Of a stretch of 64,000 bases of DNA, positions 37,490 through 49,439 are shown piece after piece. Position 1 is the stretch's first letter. The number at the start of each line of letters is the position of its first letter. The translations under genes were made by a program, and so were the position numbers. Location of the stretch: assembly GCA_028534125.1 (NCBI GenBank), contig CM052832.1, positions 10,046,001 to 10,110,000 on the forward strand, given 5' to 3'. Under the pieces are notes generated by a model that was not told where the DNA came from, ran no database searches, and saw nothing but the letters and a program-made list of their open reading frames with translations. The DNA comes from Lama glama. Lineage: Eukaryota.

Positions 37490-37528
37490 TGTGTGTGTGT
37501 GTGTGTGTGCGCGCGCGCATGCACATGC
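37490..37528. repeat. (TG)n(CG)n alternating purine-pyrimidine tract
   Basis: tgtgtgtgtgtgtgtgtgtgcgcgcgcgcatgcacatgc, 39 bp uninterrupted. Confidence 0.9.
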
Positions 37529-37822
37529 CCAGGGCAGGTGGGTGACCCCTGAGGCCCTCCCACCAGGCCCTTCCTGCAGCCCCCGTCTGCTCCGATTGCA
37601 GAGCTTCCAGGGGACCCTGAGAACAATCTGTCCACTGAGTCTCTGAGAAGGGCTGTGACTAGCCCAGGGTCCACCAGGGACTGATCTGAGCCTGACCCCT
37701 GGTTCCATATTTTTTCCATATATCCTTTGCCTTCCGCTGAGCTAAGTCCCTGTCATTCTTTGTGTGTGTCTGGCTCAGACGTATGTCACCTCCTCTGTGA
37801 GATCCAGCTCTGGTTTTCCAGG

Positions 37823-37912
37823 TAGGGTGGTCCAATGGTCCAGTTTTCCTGAGACTGTCCTGGTTTTAGCAGAGAATGTTCCTCATCCAAGCCAGGATGG
37901 TTGGTCACCCGT
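37823..37912. mobile_element. hAT-Blackjack MITE (MER81-like) with intact 8-bp TSD
   Basis: Imperfect TIRs tagggtggtccaa / ttggtcacccgt; perfect TSD tttccagg at 37815-37822 and 37913-37920. Confidence 0.85.
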
Positions 37913-37969
37913 TTTCCAGGTCAAAAATGACTCCTCCTCTTTCTGGGCTCCCAGAATATTCAAGGATAA

Positions 37970-38185
37970 TAGCTCACATTTTTTGACCCACTCAACCATT
38001 GTCCTAAGCACTCCATGTGGATTCACCCATTTTACCTTCATAATAGCCCTCTGAGATAGATACTAGTATTCCTACTTCACAGATGGAAAAAGCAAGGCAC
38101 AGAGAGGTAAAAAGGCAAGCCCAGCTGAGGAGGGCAGAGCCAGGATTTAAACACACACACCTTGGCCCCAGAGTCAGGGCTCTTG
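37970..38185. mobile_element. MIR SINE
   Basis: cacagatggaaaaagcaaggcacagagaggtaa...gcagagccaggatttaaac. Confidence 0.8.
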
Positions 38186-38639
38186 GCCACGAGGCTATCC
38201 AGCCCTCTCTCGGAGGGCTCCCCTCGTGGCTGGTGTATAAGGCCTCCTTGCTCAGCCAAACTCTGGGCAGAGGAAAGCCCAAGTCTCCTCATCCCCAGGG
38301 TCCTGCACGGCGCCAAGCCCATCAAACGCCCTAAGGGAATTTAGCTGACTGAGTCCACGCATGCCTGGCATCCCTCCACTGTGGCTAATTCTTTTTCTTT
38401 GTCCCACGCCCTGAGCTTCTGGCCTTCCGAGCCATCTTCCCTGCTCCTCTTTGGTGTCTTTCTGGCTCCCGAGCCCTCTATTCCAGAGTTTTGAAAGAAA
38501 CTACTTTCCCATGAGCCAGCAAAGGCCAGAAGAAATCCATGCACACGTTCTGAGAGGTTCCAGACTCAGTCTTTGGCCTGAGGCCACTACAGACCCACCT
38601 CTGCATGGCTGCAGGATGGGAGCACCCAGACTCCGGAAG

Positions 38640-39070
38640 CTGGGCCCTGTCGGGGGCCTCTGGCTTCGGGGGCCTCTGCTCCAGCACCCGGCTCCCGAGC
38701 GCTATAATCCCCTCCGAGGGGTACGGGTGCTGCGACTCTTGTGGTTTACTCTGTTTCCAGAAACCCTTAGTGAAATTACAGCTTTAATTAAATACAGCTG
38801 GCTGTACGTTATACGCCATATAATTATCGTGTTATTATTATTATCACTTAGACAAAAGTTCAAACAAAGTTTATTGTAAATACTGTTTGACAGAAACAAC
38901 TAAAGGAGCTGAGGGCTATCGGCCGCCTGAGTGACAGAAGGGTGGTCGCCGCTACTCAGGAGGCAAAGGAGAGAAGGCGCCTCTTGGGGGATGCAGGTGT
39001 GCACGAGGGCAATGAGGAAGGGAGAGCCCTGGGCCGGGGTCAGGCCAAGGAGCCATGTGGCCCGGGCAAG
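38640..39070. promoter_or_regulatory. AT-rich motif island flanked by CpG-rich sequence (candidate enhancer)
   Basis: tttaattaaa, ataattat, aacaaag (Sox) and tgtaaata (Fox), with CpGs retained even in the AT-rich core. Confidence 0.55.
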
Positions 39071-39134
39071 TCCCTGTCCTGTCTCTAGGCCTCCGTTCCC
39101 TCCTCTGGCATGGAGAAGTTTCACTTATCCTACA

Positions 39135-39830
39135 ACTGTTCACTGAGACCCACTATGTGTCAGGCACTGTTCTAGGCCCTGGAGCACGGTGGATAACCAG
39201 GCAAACAAAATCCCCACCCTCATGGAGCTTACATTCCAGTGGGAGGGAGGGAGACAGTACATGAATGCAGAAATAAATGTGTGCTCTAACAGCAGGCAAC
39301 AAGGAGTAACCTGAGGAAAAATAAAGCAGGGAAGTGGAGAGAAAGGGTTAGGAAGGATTAGAGAGCTGCTATTTCAAGAAGATCCTCCCCTAAAGGGTGA
39401 CCTTTGATCAGGGACCTGAATAAAGTGAGGGAGTGAGCTGTGAGAAAATAAGGGGCAACACTCCCAGCAGAGGGAACAGCACTAGCAAAGGCCCTGAGGC
39501 AGGAGGCAAGTTGGTGTGTTCAAGGAATGACCAGGAGGCCAGTCCTTGGAGCAAAGGGAAGAAAAAGTGATGGGGGGGGAGGGTACATAGCTCAGTGGTA
39601 GAGTGGATGCTTAGCATGCACGAGGTCCTGGGTTCAATCCCCAGTACCTCCATTAAAAAAAAAAAGTGATGGGAGATGAGGACAGAGGGAGAGTAGGGCA
39701 CAGAGCATGTAAGGCTAGCAGGCCTTAGAGGGGAATTCAGATTTTATTCAAATGTGACACAAAGCCATGGTGGGGTGAAGGGAAGGCAAGTGACAGCATG
39801 ATTTGATTAGGATTTGATTCAAATGAGGAT
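39135..39830. mobile_element. L2 fragment interrupted by a SINE
   Basis: cactatgtgtcaggcactgttctagg...cctcatggagcttacattccagt...cagagggaacagcactagcaaaggccctgaggcagg. Confidence 0.9.
39575..39660 (+). mobile_element. tRNA-Ala(AGC)-derived SINE (camelid type), short form
   Basis: A box tagctcagtgg (39588-39598), ttagcat loop, B box ggttcaatcc (39631-39640), A-tail, and 13-bp TSD aaaaagtgatggg (39562-39574 / 39661-39673). Confidence 0.92.
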
Positions 39831-39874
39831 CACACAGGTTCCTTCCAACTAAGACTCAACCTGACTCCAAGGTC

Positions 39875-40505
39875 TATTCTTGTGAAACAAACCACTCTAA
39901 AACTTAGTTGCTTAGAATGAAGATTTCTTTTTATCTGTCAAAGTTCTGTGGGCTAACTGGGTTCATTCAGCTGGGCGGCTCTTGCTTGGGATCTCTGTGG
40001 GGTTTAATCAGGTGGAGGCAGAGACTGGGGTCATCTGAAGCCTGGGTTGGGGGGGATGTCCAGGCTGTCTTCTTCACTCATGTGTCTGTCATCTCAGCTG
40101 GGTGTTTGGCCAAGTATGTCTTTTTTTCGGAGGGGTGGGGAGGTAATTAGGTATGTATGTATGCATGTATGTATGGGTGTATTTTAATGGCGGCACTGGG
40201 GATTGAACCCAGGAACTCATGCATGGTAAGCATGCACTCTACCACTGAGCACCCTTCCCCTGAAGCACCTCTTTTTTTCGTTCCTTGTGGCTGCTCCACA
40301 AGCTTCCTCCCAGCATGGGGGGCGAAGGGGGTTGGACTTCTTACACAGTGGTTGAAAGTGAACCTGTCAGGAGGCCCAGGTACAAAAGCTTTTTCTGGCC
40401 TAGCTTTGAAGTCACTTTTGCCACATTCTATTGGTTACCCTGGGCTGCCCCAGATTTAATACAAGAGGATGAAAGTGGAGAAGCACCGTTAATTGAGACG
40501 CCATC
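39875..40505. mobile_element. MLT1 LTR interrupted by a SINE
   Basis: aacaaaccactctaaaacttagttgctta...cagctgggcggctcttgcttggg...gccacattctattgg...gccatcttt. Confidence 0.75.
40121..40260 (-). mobile_element. tRNA-Ala-derived camelid SINE with long tail
   Basis: Reverse complement reads ggggaagggtgctcagtggtagagtgcatgcttaccatgcatgagttcctgggttcaatcccc...(taca)n cctaattacctcccc...A7. Confidence 0.92.
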
Positions 40506-40559
40506 TTTAGAGACAAAAGGTACCATAGTTTCCCACCAGAAAAGCCACAGAAATTATAA

Positions 40560-40790
40560 CAGCTACTGTTCATTGAGTGCCTTCTATGAACCAGGCACTG
40601 TTCTGGTATTCAGGTTTTACCTCATTTTATCTTTATATCAACCCCAAGAGGTTGGTACTATTGTTAACCTCATGTTACAGATGGGGAAACTGAGGCACAG
40701 AGAGGTTAATCATCTTACCCAAGATCACATAGCTAGTGAGCAGGGAGCTGGGATTGAACCCAGACTGTCTGGCTCCAGAGTCTTTGCTTC
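40560..40790. mobile_element. MIR SINE (near full length)
   Basis: ttacagatggggaaactgaggcacagagaggttaa...cccaagatcacatagctagt. Confidence 0.9.
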
Positions 40791-41689
40791 CCCAGACTCA
40801 AGCTCCCTTGGCAGTCTAGAGAGAGACACTTCAAAACAGCTGGAGACAGAGGGACCGTCGCCAGTCTCCCTGGCTTCCCTCACCCAGGGCATGGCAAGCA
40901 TCTGACTGCACTGGTTTGCTGAAATGCACAGCACAGAAGGACCTCTTCCATGTGTGGAAGGAGAGGTCTCTCTGAGCCTGCTTCCTGAATACCTCTGTGG
41001 CTCTGGCAACTGGTACATAACATCAGACCCACAGCATTCTTGAACCAGAAGGAATCTTCAATAGTTAGCCTAAATCGTATGGTATAGACATGGGAACCCA
41101 GACCCAGAGAGAAGCAGGGACTTGCTTGAGATCATCACAGTTACTCTGCAACCCATCGGTGATATTCGTAGCCCAGATTTCACCCCATGACCCTACTCAG
41201 GGCCCTTCCTGGGGGCTGGGCAGGGTGGAAAGTACACATATGGGGCAGCACTGGAGTAGAAGCCCAGTATCTCTCTGCTCCAAACTTGGCTGTGTTGTGT
41301 GCATGGCCTTGTGTGTGACTAGTGTCAGAGCGCCGAGGCGGAGGGGGCCGAGGGCTCTGATGGAGCGGATGGCATGACATACCAGAAATCAGGGAAACCT
41401 AGCCTTGTGACCCAGAGCACCTCCGTTCAATCCCTCTAAGTCCCAGGGTGAACTGTCTCCCAGCCCCAGCCACAAGGGGCACTGTGGTGCCCAGTGATTC
41501 TCATTCAGGCCTGGGGTCTCTGCAGATGGGCTGGTAGGAGCAGGCGGTAAAATGGGTTATGGGTCTGGCATTTCAGAATCCTCAGGCTTCTAAGGATGGG
41601 GGCAGACTGTTCCTGGCAGCCAGGCCTCTGCCATGGGCCTGCTGTTTATCCTCCTTACCGGGAGACGCCCAGCCCATCACCTGGCTTGG

Positions 41690-42050
41690 AGCGCGGAGCA
41701 GGTTGCTAACTTCTGCTGACACTGGCAGGGGCAGCCGCTCCCAGCCTGATACCTCATGGCAGCCACACTTGCACAAATCTTTAATTGTTTAGTTTAAAGA
41801 ATTGTGTTTTGACCGCGAGGGGATTTTGGCTGGAGCTCAAGAAGTGATAATGATATTTCGCTGCCAAGACGTCTCCTTGGCGCTCTGTGTGTTAATGTGC
41901 ACTTCCAAGACGCTCCAATTAACTGCATCAGCTCTCGGGGAGAGAAAGGGAGAGGGAGAGGAGGCAGGCAGGAGAGAGAAGGGAAGGAGAAGTCTGGCAA
42001 TGGAGAAGGCAGACAGCCCCCCACCATCTTTTTATTAGCAAACAAATGGG
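41690..42050. promoter_or_regulatory. Putative conserved enhancer-like element
   Basis: Unique sequence with tttaattg, tgataatg, gttaatg, caattaac and tattagca motifs and retained CpGs. Confidence 0.5.
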
Positions 42051-42339
42051 GGGTGGGTGACAAAGTTCTTGAAGACAAGTTTCAAGTAAAGTGGTGTCTC
42101 ATGCTTTGGAGGAGTGATACTGGATTAGACCAGGAGGGCCCCGAAGTCAGAAGCCCCAGCCCAAGCAGAGGCTCCCCTGGCCTGGAGTTCCCACGGGTGG
42201 GCCTGCTTCAGGGACCCCCACCTCGGTCTCCTGCCTTCATCCATTTCCTTCGTGCTGGCCCCTGTCTACATGTTTTCCGTCTCCCGATTACTCAGAGGGA
42301 GAAGACAGAGATGATACAGACCTTGACTTTGATCCTAAT

Positions 42340-42820
42340 GTGGACCCCAGCCTCCAACTATTCTAGCCTCCTCCCTCTTGCTACCCTCAGCCTCACTCGC
42401 CCTTCCGACCACCGTTTCTGCTGTTCCTTGCACTGAACATGCTGGGCGCGCTTACACCGCAGAGACTGTGCATTTGCTGTTCTCTCTGCTTAGAATGCTC
42501 TCCACCAAGATACCTGCTTGGCTTGCTTTCCTACCTCCTTGAGGCTTTGACACAAATGTCACCTTCTCAGTGAGGCCATTTAAAAACCTGCATAACGTGC
42601 CCATCACTCCCTGTCCCCCTTCCCAGCTTTGTCTCTATTGCCTTCACCACCACCTAACACACAATTTCTGTACTTATTATCTACCTTCCCTACTGGCATG
42701 TAACCTCAGAGAGGGCAGAGTTTTGGGTTTTGCTGCATATTCCCAGCAAGTAGAACAGTACCTGGCACATGGGAGTTGTTCAATTAATATTCATGGGTTG
42801 ATAATGGCATGAATGGACTC
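42340..42820. mobile_element. L2 3' end
   Basis: gcatttgctgttctctctgcttagaatgctctc...aaatgtcaccttctcagtgaggcc...agaacagtacctggcacat. Confidence 0.85.
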
Positions 42821-43839
42821 TGTTTACTACTATGCCTTGTCCCGATACGGTTCCCTATTCGGAATCCTAACCCCAACTCTGTGTCCATCCCTCCATCTGG
42901 CTAGGCCAGCCACTACACTAACCCTCCCCCCAGAAATATTTCTTGACCCTCAAACTCTCACTCTTACTCTCTGACCCCTAATTCAACTGCAGCCCTAGCC
43001 TTGCCCTTCACCTCTGCTCTTACCCTTGCCCTCACCAATCAAATCTGGACCCTTCCCCCATCCAGTCTGCTCCTTCTTAATTAAATGTCCTCAGCCCTTC
43101 CTGGAGGCCTCTGGCTCCCCTATGCTTTGAGACCCAGTCCATCCTGGGCCTTGAAGTAGGACCTCCCACTGGAAACCCCAACTGGGCCACACCTCTCCAG
43201 GTGGCCCCCTTGCATGCTCATGTATTAGAAGGGCCATGGAGAAGGATGCTGGGCAGGCAGCAATGCCTTCCGTGCTGCCTCTGGTCTGGAAGAGCTGTGG
43301 GAGGTTCCTCCTGGGTTTCTTCACTTTCACAGGGTGAGAGGAGGAGGAGGCGGACTCCTTGGTCTCTCCATCTCTGTTCCCAACTCAAGCACCCAAATGA
43401 CTTTTCCACGTGCTGAAGTGTGAGCTCACACCAGCCTCCCCCGTCCCCTCTCACACACATACACTCTGCTCACGCTTAGAAGCATCCAGAATTACAAACA
43501 CAGGCTAAAGCTGCATTGTATGTGAAAGCAAAGGCTAGCTCTAAAGCAACATCTGCCCTCCCCTCCCCTCCTTCCCCACCCAGCCAAAGTGGAGGGAAGG
43601 GGTCAGCTGGCCAGAGATGGGGGCCTAGAGGCTGCCCATCCAGAAGAACGGGTGAGGGCTGAGGGCTGATCAGAATCCTCCACCCCCCTCCCCTCCCTCT
43701 TGCCACCCCCCTTCCCTCCCTCTTCCCCTCTCCCCTCCTCCTTTCACTGCCTTCCCCCGTCTTCCCTCTTCCCGTCCCCATCAGGCCTCCGAGGGAGGGT
43801 CAGTTCTGCCGGCTCAAGTTACCAGAAGTTGAAGACAGG

Positions 43840-44270
43840 AAGATTTAGCGAGGGAGCCGGGACCAGCACAGTGTGCTGTTTGTCCGCCTTTGAAACCAGA
43901 GGCTGAGCGGCGGGGGTGGGGAGCGGGCGGGAGGCCGCGGACACTCGGGTGAATTATCGCTCCGCTCGGGTTCTGACTTCCAAGGCTCCGGCCGCCCTCC
44001 CCGGCCCCAGCTCCTGTTTCTCCAGGTGCTGGGGTGTTTTCCTACGTGTTAATTTGCCCCAGTTGACGCGCCCATTCTTGGCCCCGGCCCCCCAAGGGGA
44101 GACCAGCTCGCCCTGGGGTGGGTCAGGGAGGACTGAGGGGCGGAGAGAGCCGGGAGGTGCGGCCGAGTCTTGCCCTGGGCTGAGAGGGACCAGACACAGG
44201 GTGGGAGGTGCGTGTCTGGGGAGGGTGGATGTCATCTCATAGCCGCTCCAATGCCCTCGCCACACTCGAC
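43840..44270. promoter_or_regulatory. Small CpG-rich patch
   Basis: Locally dense CpGs (gagcggcgggggtggggagcgggcgggaggccgcgg) with gaattatc and gttaattt motifs; preceded by a pyrimidine tract at 43680-43780. Confidence 0.55.
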
Positions 44271-45769
44271 ACCCCCTCCCACAGCCCCAGGGAAGTCCCT
44301 ATGGGGCCTGCGCACTCACAGCGACCCCTACTGGCCCCTCAGCCCTCTCCAGCCACCTCCTCCAGGAAGCTCTCAAGGGCTTCCCCTCAAAAGAGCCCCT
44401 GTAGAGAATGTCTGTGAGGTACTTTTGGCTTCCCAGACATCCTGTCACTCTGTCTTCACTAAGATATCATGAGGTCAGTCTAGGTCCTACGTTTATACTT
44501 TTTAGAGATGACATTTTAGAGACAGGGAAATGGAAGCTCTGAGAGGCTAAGTGACTAGCCCAAGGCCACACAGCTACTGAGAAACACGGTCAGGTTTTGA
44601 ACGGAGCTTTTTCTGAGACTAGTGTCCATAACATTGCCCCTCATTCATGTGAGAGGAAGGTGTCTGAAAAAGGAAGGAGAGAGGTGCACAGAGGGGGTTG
44701 GGGTGGGATGATAAACCCACCCTGGGGTGGGGGAGGGGCCTAGCAACAGGAGAAACTCTCAGGGATGTCAGGGACCAGCCCGACCTCATTCTTTGATCCC
44801 TGGTGTTCCTCTACCAGGCTGGGCTGGGATCAGGGTCTGCAGCTAGGGCAAGAGTCTGCTGACCCTCAGGGTGGCCTGTGTGGGGGGTGCCCACACTTCC
44901 TACTATCCCGACCCTACAGGCCTGAGGCCCAGGCAGGGGGCGAGAATTCCTATCAGGCTTGGGAGCAGGAGGCTGGGGATTAGAGAGGAGCTGTTTCTGC
45001 TGCAAAAAGCTGGCAGTACAAAGGGTCTCCTGGTGACAGGGCCCCTCCCCACTTCCCTTCCCAGGCTGAGCTGAATTGGGGTTGGGGGGCCGAGGGCACT
45101 TCTCCTGACTGTTGTCCCTCTTGGGCCCTGCTCTCCTCTCTCAGAGCCCCTCCTCATCTGACAGGCAGTGGAGTCCAGGCCTCCCCCAGCCCAGGCTTCT
45201 CCCCCCTAATGTCTGCTACACTCTCCTGCCCCTCTCCTTCCTGGCTGCAGAGCCCCTCTCCCCTTGCCTTCTCTCCCAAAGATGAACAGAACCACCTCCA
45301 TCCCACCAGCCTGTCCTCTTCTCTTCTTGGCTCCATTGAACCCTTTGCCTATCAGGTGGGCTGTGGGGGGACTTCGGGCAGGTAGGTCAAGGAGTGGGGA
45401 ATGGTCCCCTGCCTGCCCTGCCCAAGGAGAAGTCAAGGAGGCAGAGGCATTCAGAACTGCGGTACTCAGACCTCCTCATCCTCTTTGGCCATCTTTCCCT
45501 TTCCCCCTCCTTTCACATGCCCCTCTGATGCCAGAACTCTGTTCCTACTGCTCCTTACCAAGATCAAATGCCATATCCCCTACACCATCACCTTGACCTT
45601 ACCCTCCCAGAATTTCTAACTCTTAGAGTCCTGATTTCTTACTTCCTACTCCTGATGGAACCCCAGGGCTGAAGGGCAAGATAAGTGTCAGTGGGGGAGG
45701 TGAGCATGGTACAGAGAGGGAGGACTTAAAAACCTTCTCACAGCCTCACCACTAACCTGGGATAGCTGA

Positions 45770-45955
45770 AGTAAATTGGACTGCCCCGGAATTGAATCCA
45801 GCTTTACCACTCACTAGCATGGTCTCGGGCAAATGATTTAGCCTCTTTGGCTGGTGTCTTTTCATTTGGAAAAGAGCAAATCTTTTCTTAATCTGCACTT
45901 TGGAGTTGGTTGTGAGGACTAGCTGTGACTGGCACATAGTAGGTGCTTTAGAAAT
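45770..45955. mobile_element. MIR SINE
   Basis: ttgaatccagctttaccactcactagc...gggcaaatgatttagcctct...tggcacatagtaggtgct. Confidence 0.75.
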
Positions 45956-46224
45956 GATGCTGTATTCCAGTCTTGTTGGTGAGTAAGTGTCTGTGGTGGG
46001 GAGGGGGGCCTGGAGGGAGGATGTGCCTAGGGAGTGCAGAATGAGGAGAGAATCTGGCCAGCCAGCCTAGAGCAGGCTCAAAGAAACCCCTAGTGCAAGT
46101 CTGGAAAGAGTAAAGGATGGATCAGGATGGCCACTAAACAGTAACTACAGCATCTTTACTGAGTTCCTGTGGTTGCCTTGGCCATTTATGCATGATGGAG
46201 GAGAAAGATGGATTCTTTTATGGC

Positions 46225-47400
46225 ACTAGTGCAGAATTTTTGAACACCTTTTACGTGCCAAGGCTGATGCTGGACCAACCATGCTGAAGAGATGGCCACA
46301 TTTCCTACCCTTATGGTGCTTACACTTTAGTGGAGTGACACAGACAAAAAGGATGTCACTGGACACATAAAACATGCAAAAGAATTGCAAGAAAATTAAC
46401 CGGGGGCTAAGACGGGTGGTCAACCAAAGGAGTGGCATGGAGGCTGAACCTGCAGGATGAGAAGGGCCTAAGGAAGAGCACAGCAGGCAGAAGGACAAAT
46501 GGTGCAGGGAAGAGAGCAGGGAAAGAAGGGAGGGAGGAAGAGTTATGGGGGAAGAAGAGGGGGAAAGACCATGCTATGTACATAGGATGCTGTTGGCCAT
46601 GGTGAGGTGTTGAGATTTCCTTGTAAGGGGTCATTGGAAAGAGAAGGGGGACACCATCTGATTAATGCTCCAAGGTTGTCCCTGCTGCTCTGAGAGGAAG
46701 GATTGGTCTAGGCTAAGGGTGGGAGCAGGGGGCCAATGAGGCTTAGCAGGGGTCAAGCTGGACAGGATATGGACTGGCCTCGGGTGGTAGCAGTGAAAGT
46801 GACGACAAAGGATGGATTTGACCCAGTAGGACTGGTGGATGGGTAGGAGAGGAGGGGGCAGAGCGAGAAGGGAGAAATCAAAGAGGACGGCTGAGCTTTG
46901 GGCTGACTGTTTTGGCGGATGTGCACACCATTTCCTGAGAGGGAAAGATTGAGGGAGGAGGTGCAGGGAGGAACACCAGAACTCTGTTTTGGTTTTATTA
47001 CATCTCAGATGTCCGTGAGAATGGGAGGTGAACAGTTGGGGAAATGCATCGCGAGGGAAAGTTAGGGCTGGAGATAACATTTCAGAGCCTTCAGCAACAG
47101 AGAGTCTCTATATCCACGGTCCTGGGTGAGACCACCTGGCAAAGTGCACATAGAAGAGAAGATGGGTCCAGCTTAGGCGAAGAGGAAGCCCACCATTTAA
47201 AGAGAGGCCAGCAGCTCCAAGTGGGGAGTAGCCCAGCCTGTAAAGTGGGATGGGAGATTCAGGAGAGGAGAAGGTTTCAAAGGGGAAGGTACCCTCATCA
47301 TGTCAAGTGCTGCTGAGAAGTGGAGGAGTTAAGGACAGAAACAATCCTGTGGGTCTTGGCTACATGACAGTGGTTTTGGCAGAGTTTTCGGCGAGAACGG
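46225..47400. mobile_element. Long L2 fragment
   Basis: aaggggtcattggaaag...gggtggtagcagtgaa...aaatcaaagagga...gggctggagata...tgtcaagtgctgctgagaag. Confidence 0.8.
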
Positions 47401-47613
47401 AGCGGTGCTGTGGGTACAAGTGTGACAGCAGGCAGGAAAGCTCACTGTAGCTGCAGCTGTTGGGAAGACCTCCTCGGAGGAGGCTCCCTGAAAGAAGGAA
47501 GCAGAGGGTGGGAGGTTGAGTCGTGTTTCTTCCCCTTCCTTAAACTTTGCTACATGCACCCTCTCCTCCTGCTTTCTCCACATCTCCAAATCCTGCATCA
47601 ATAACCATTTCAG

Positions 47614-48121
47614 TGTGGCAGAAACTGTTCATAGTTGACCCCAATATCCATTCCATCCTCTTCCTTAGTAATAGAACCACCAACTCTTTTATTGAATATA
47701 TTCCCACTCAGAATAAAGACTGTATTTCCCAGTCTCTTCTGCAGCTCAGCATGGCCACGAGACAGGGTTCTGGCTCTAATATGTCAATGAAAATGTGTGG
47801 GGCTTTCAGGAAATCTGAAATGGAAGAAGAATCCTTCTTTGAGGTTCCTCTTTGCTGCCCACTGGAATGAAGGTGTGATGGCTGGAATTTGAGCAGCCCT
47901 CTTGAATCATGAGGTAGAAGCTATATACTGAGGAAGACAGAGCAATAGAATACAAGGAGCCTAGATCTCTAATGACTCTGTGAACACATCTACCTAACTC
48001 TGAGCTTCCTATATATGGGATTTCTGTATGTGTGACAGAAATAAACTTTAATCTTTCACAGGCAACTCTTATCTTGGATTTTCTGACACTTGCAAAAAAA
48101 ACCCTAATCCTAACTGATACA
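47614..48121. mobile_element. MLT1 solo LTR (MLT1J-like)
   Basis: TG...CA ends; cttccttagtaatagaacc, tatttcccagtctcttctgcagct, aaggagcct, aataaac...ctaactgataca. Confidence 0.8.
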
Positions 48122-48399
48122 CTAGCAAAGCAGGGATTGCCTGGGAGAAGAGGGAACAGGTGATTACAGTACCCTCTCACTTGAGCTTTGGGAAATGTAT
48201 GGCCTGGACAGTAGAGAGTGGGGTTGAGACCTCTGACCTCAGCTCCTCAGACACTGGTTCTCAGGAGGGCTTAGGAGGGGTTTGGGAGCCTGCCCTGGAG
48301 ATTGATGACCAAAAGGTTTGTTCAGCCAGGACTCTAAGGAGGGCACCCAATATGCTGATAATCCTGCTTAATCCTCACCCCCAGCCCAGTCTGCTTTTT

Positions 48400-48720
48400 A
48401 CCCTTCTCTGCTCTGCTCTGTGCCAGGGAGGCTGAGCCCTCTGGCTCCCTGCTGGCTTCAGCCAGTGGGAGTAGCCAGCAGGGGTTTGAGGAGGAGAAAC
48501 TCCGCCCCATGTCTCTAGTGTGGCTGTGTCTCTCCAAGACTGCAGCTCCTACAGGGCAGCCCCTCTGCCAGGGCTCCAGCCTCCACTGGACTCACATGCA
48601 CTTTTGCTTCTGGACCCCTCAGGCCTAGGGTAGTAATGGTCTCCCTTGTTGCTAGTCTCCGGTGCCTCAACATCCCTAGTTCCTCCCCTTAACTCTGGAA
48701 AGATCCCTTTCTTTAAGTCT
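48400..48720. mobile_element. LTR33-like fragment
   Basis: ctgctctgtgccagggaggctga...ggcttcagccagtggg...tcaggcctagggtagtaatgg. Confidence 0.55.
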
Positions 48721-49439
48721 CTGCATTTGAAGCAGCAGAGGGGTGGGGTGGGTAGTGAATCTGGTTTCCTGTTGGGACCCTACTTGATACAGCACCGTCT
48801 GCCCAGCCACAAAGAAACCCCAGGGCAGAGGCAGGCCCAAGAAACAAGAGAGAGATGATCTGGCCATCTGGCAGAAACACACAGGACAAAATAGGGGCAG
48901 AAATGTAGAAACAGAGAGAGATTTAAAAGGTAGACAGTGGTAGATAGAGATGGAGCAGCCAGAAACAGACGAAGAGAAAGACGACCTGGAGGAAGGGACA
49001 GAAGGACAGATGAGGCTATCTGAGGCAGGGAAGGACAGAAAGACACCAAAGAAAGGACTGATATTGAGAGGGAAAAACGACAAAGGATGAGACAGATGCT
49101 CAAGCAGACAGAGATCGGAAATGGGGCAGAGAGAGAAAGGGGAATACAAGCCAGAGGTTTAGTGACATTAGGGTCCCTGGGGGCAGCAACATAGAAAGGA
49201 GAAGACAAATCCCTCAGTACACTTACTTAATTCAAAGATCCCAGTCCTGAACCAAAGCTCCGCCTGCCCTACCTGCCCTGCCTCATCCTTGCTTCTGGAC
49301 CCTTCCTGTCTCGCCACACAGCCCCGAGTATGGTGTGGTTGGGTCTCCTTGTGACCGTCAGCTGAGGGCAGAGCCTTCTTCAGTGGAACCAGGTGTATCA
49401 GCAAGGTCCCACTCTGGGGCCTGAGGAGCACTGAATGCA

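Noticed and set aside
39575..39653. Functional tRNA-Ala(AGC) gene
   Set aside because: It has an A-tail, a 13-bp TSD, an imperfect anticodon stem and no T-run terminator, and it is inserted in an L2. It is a SINE.
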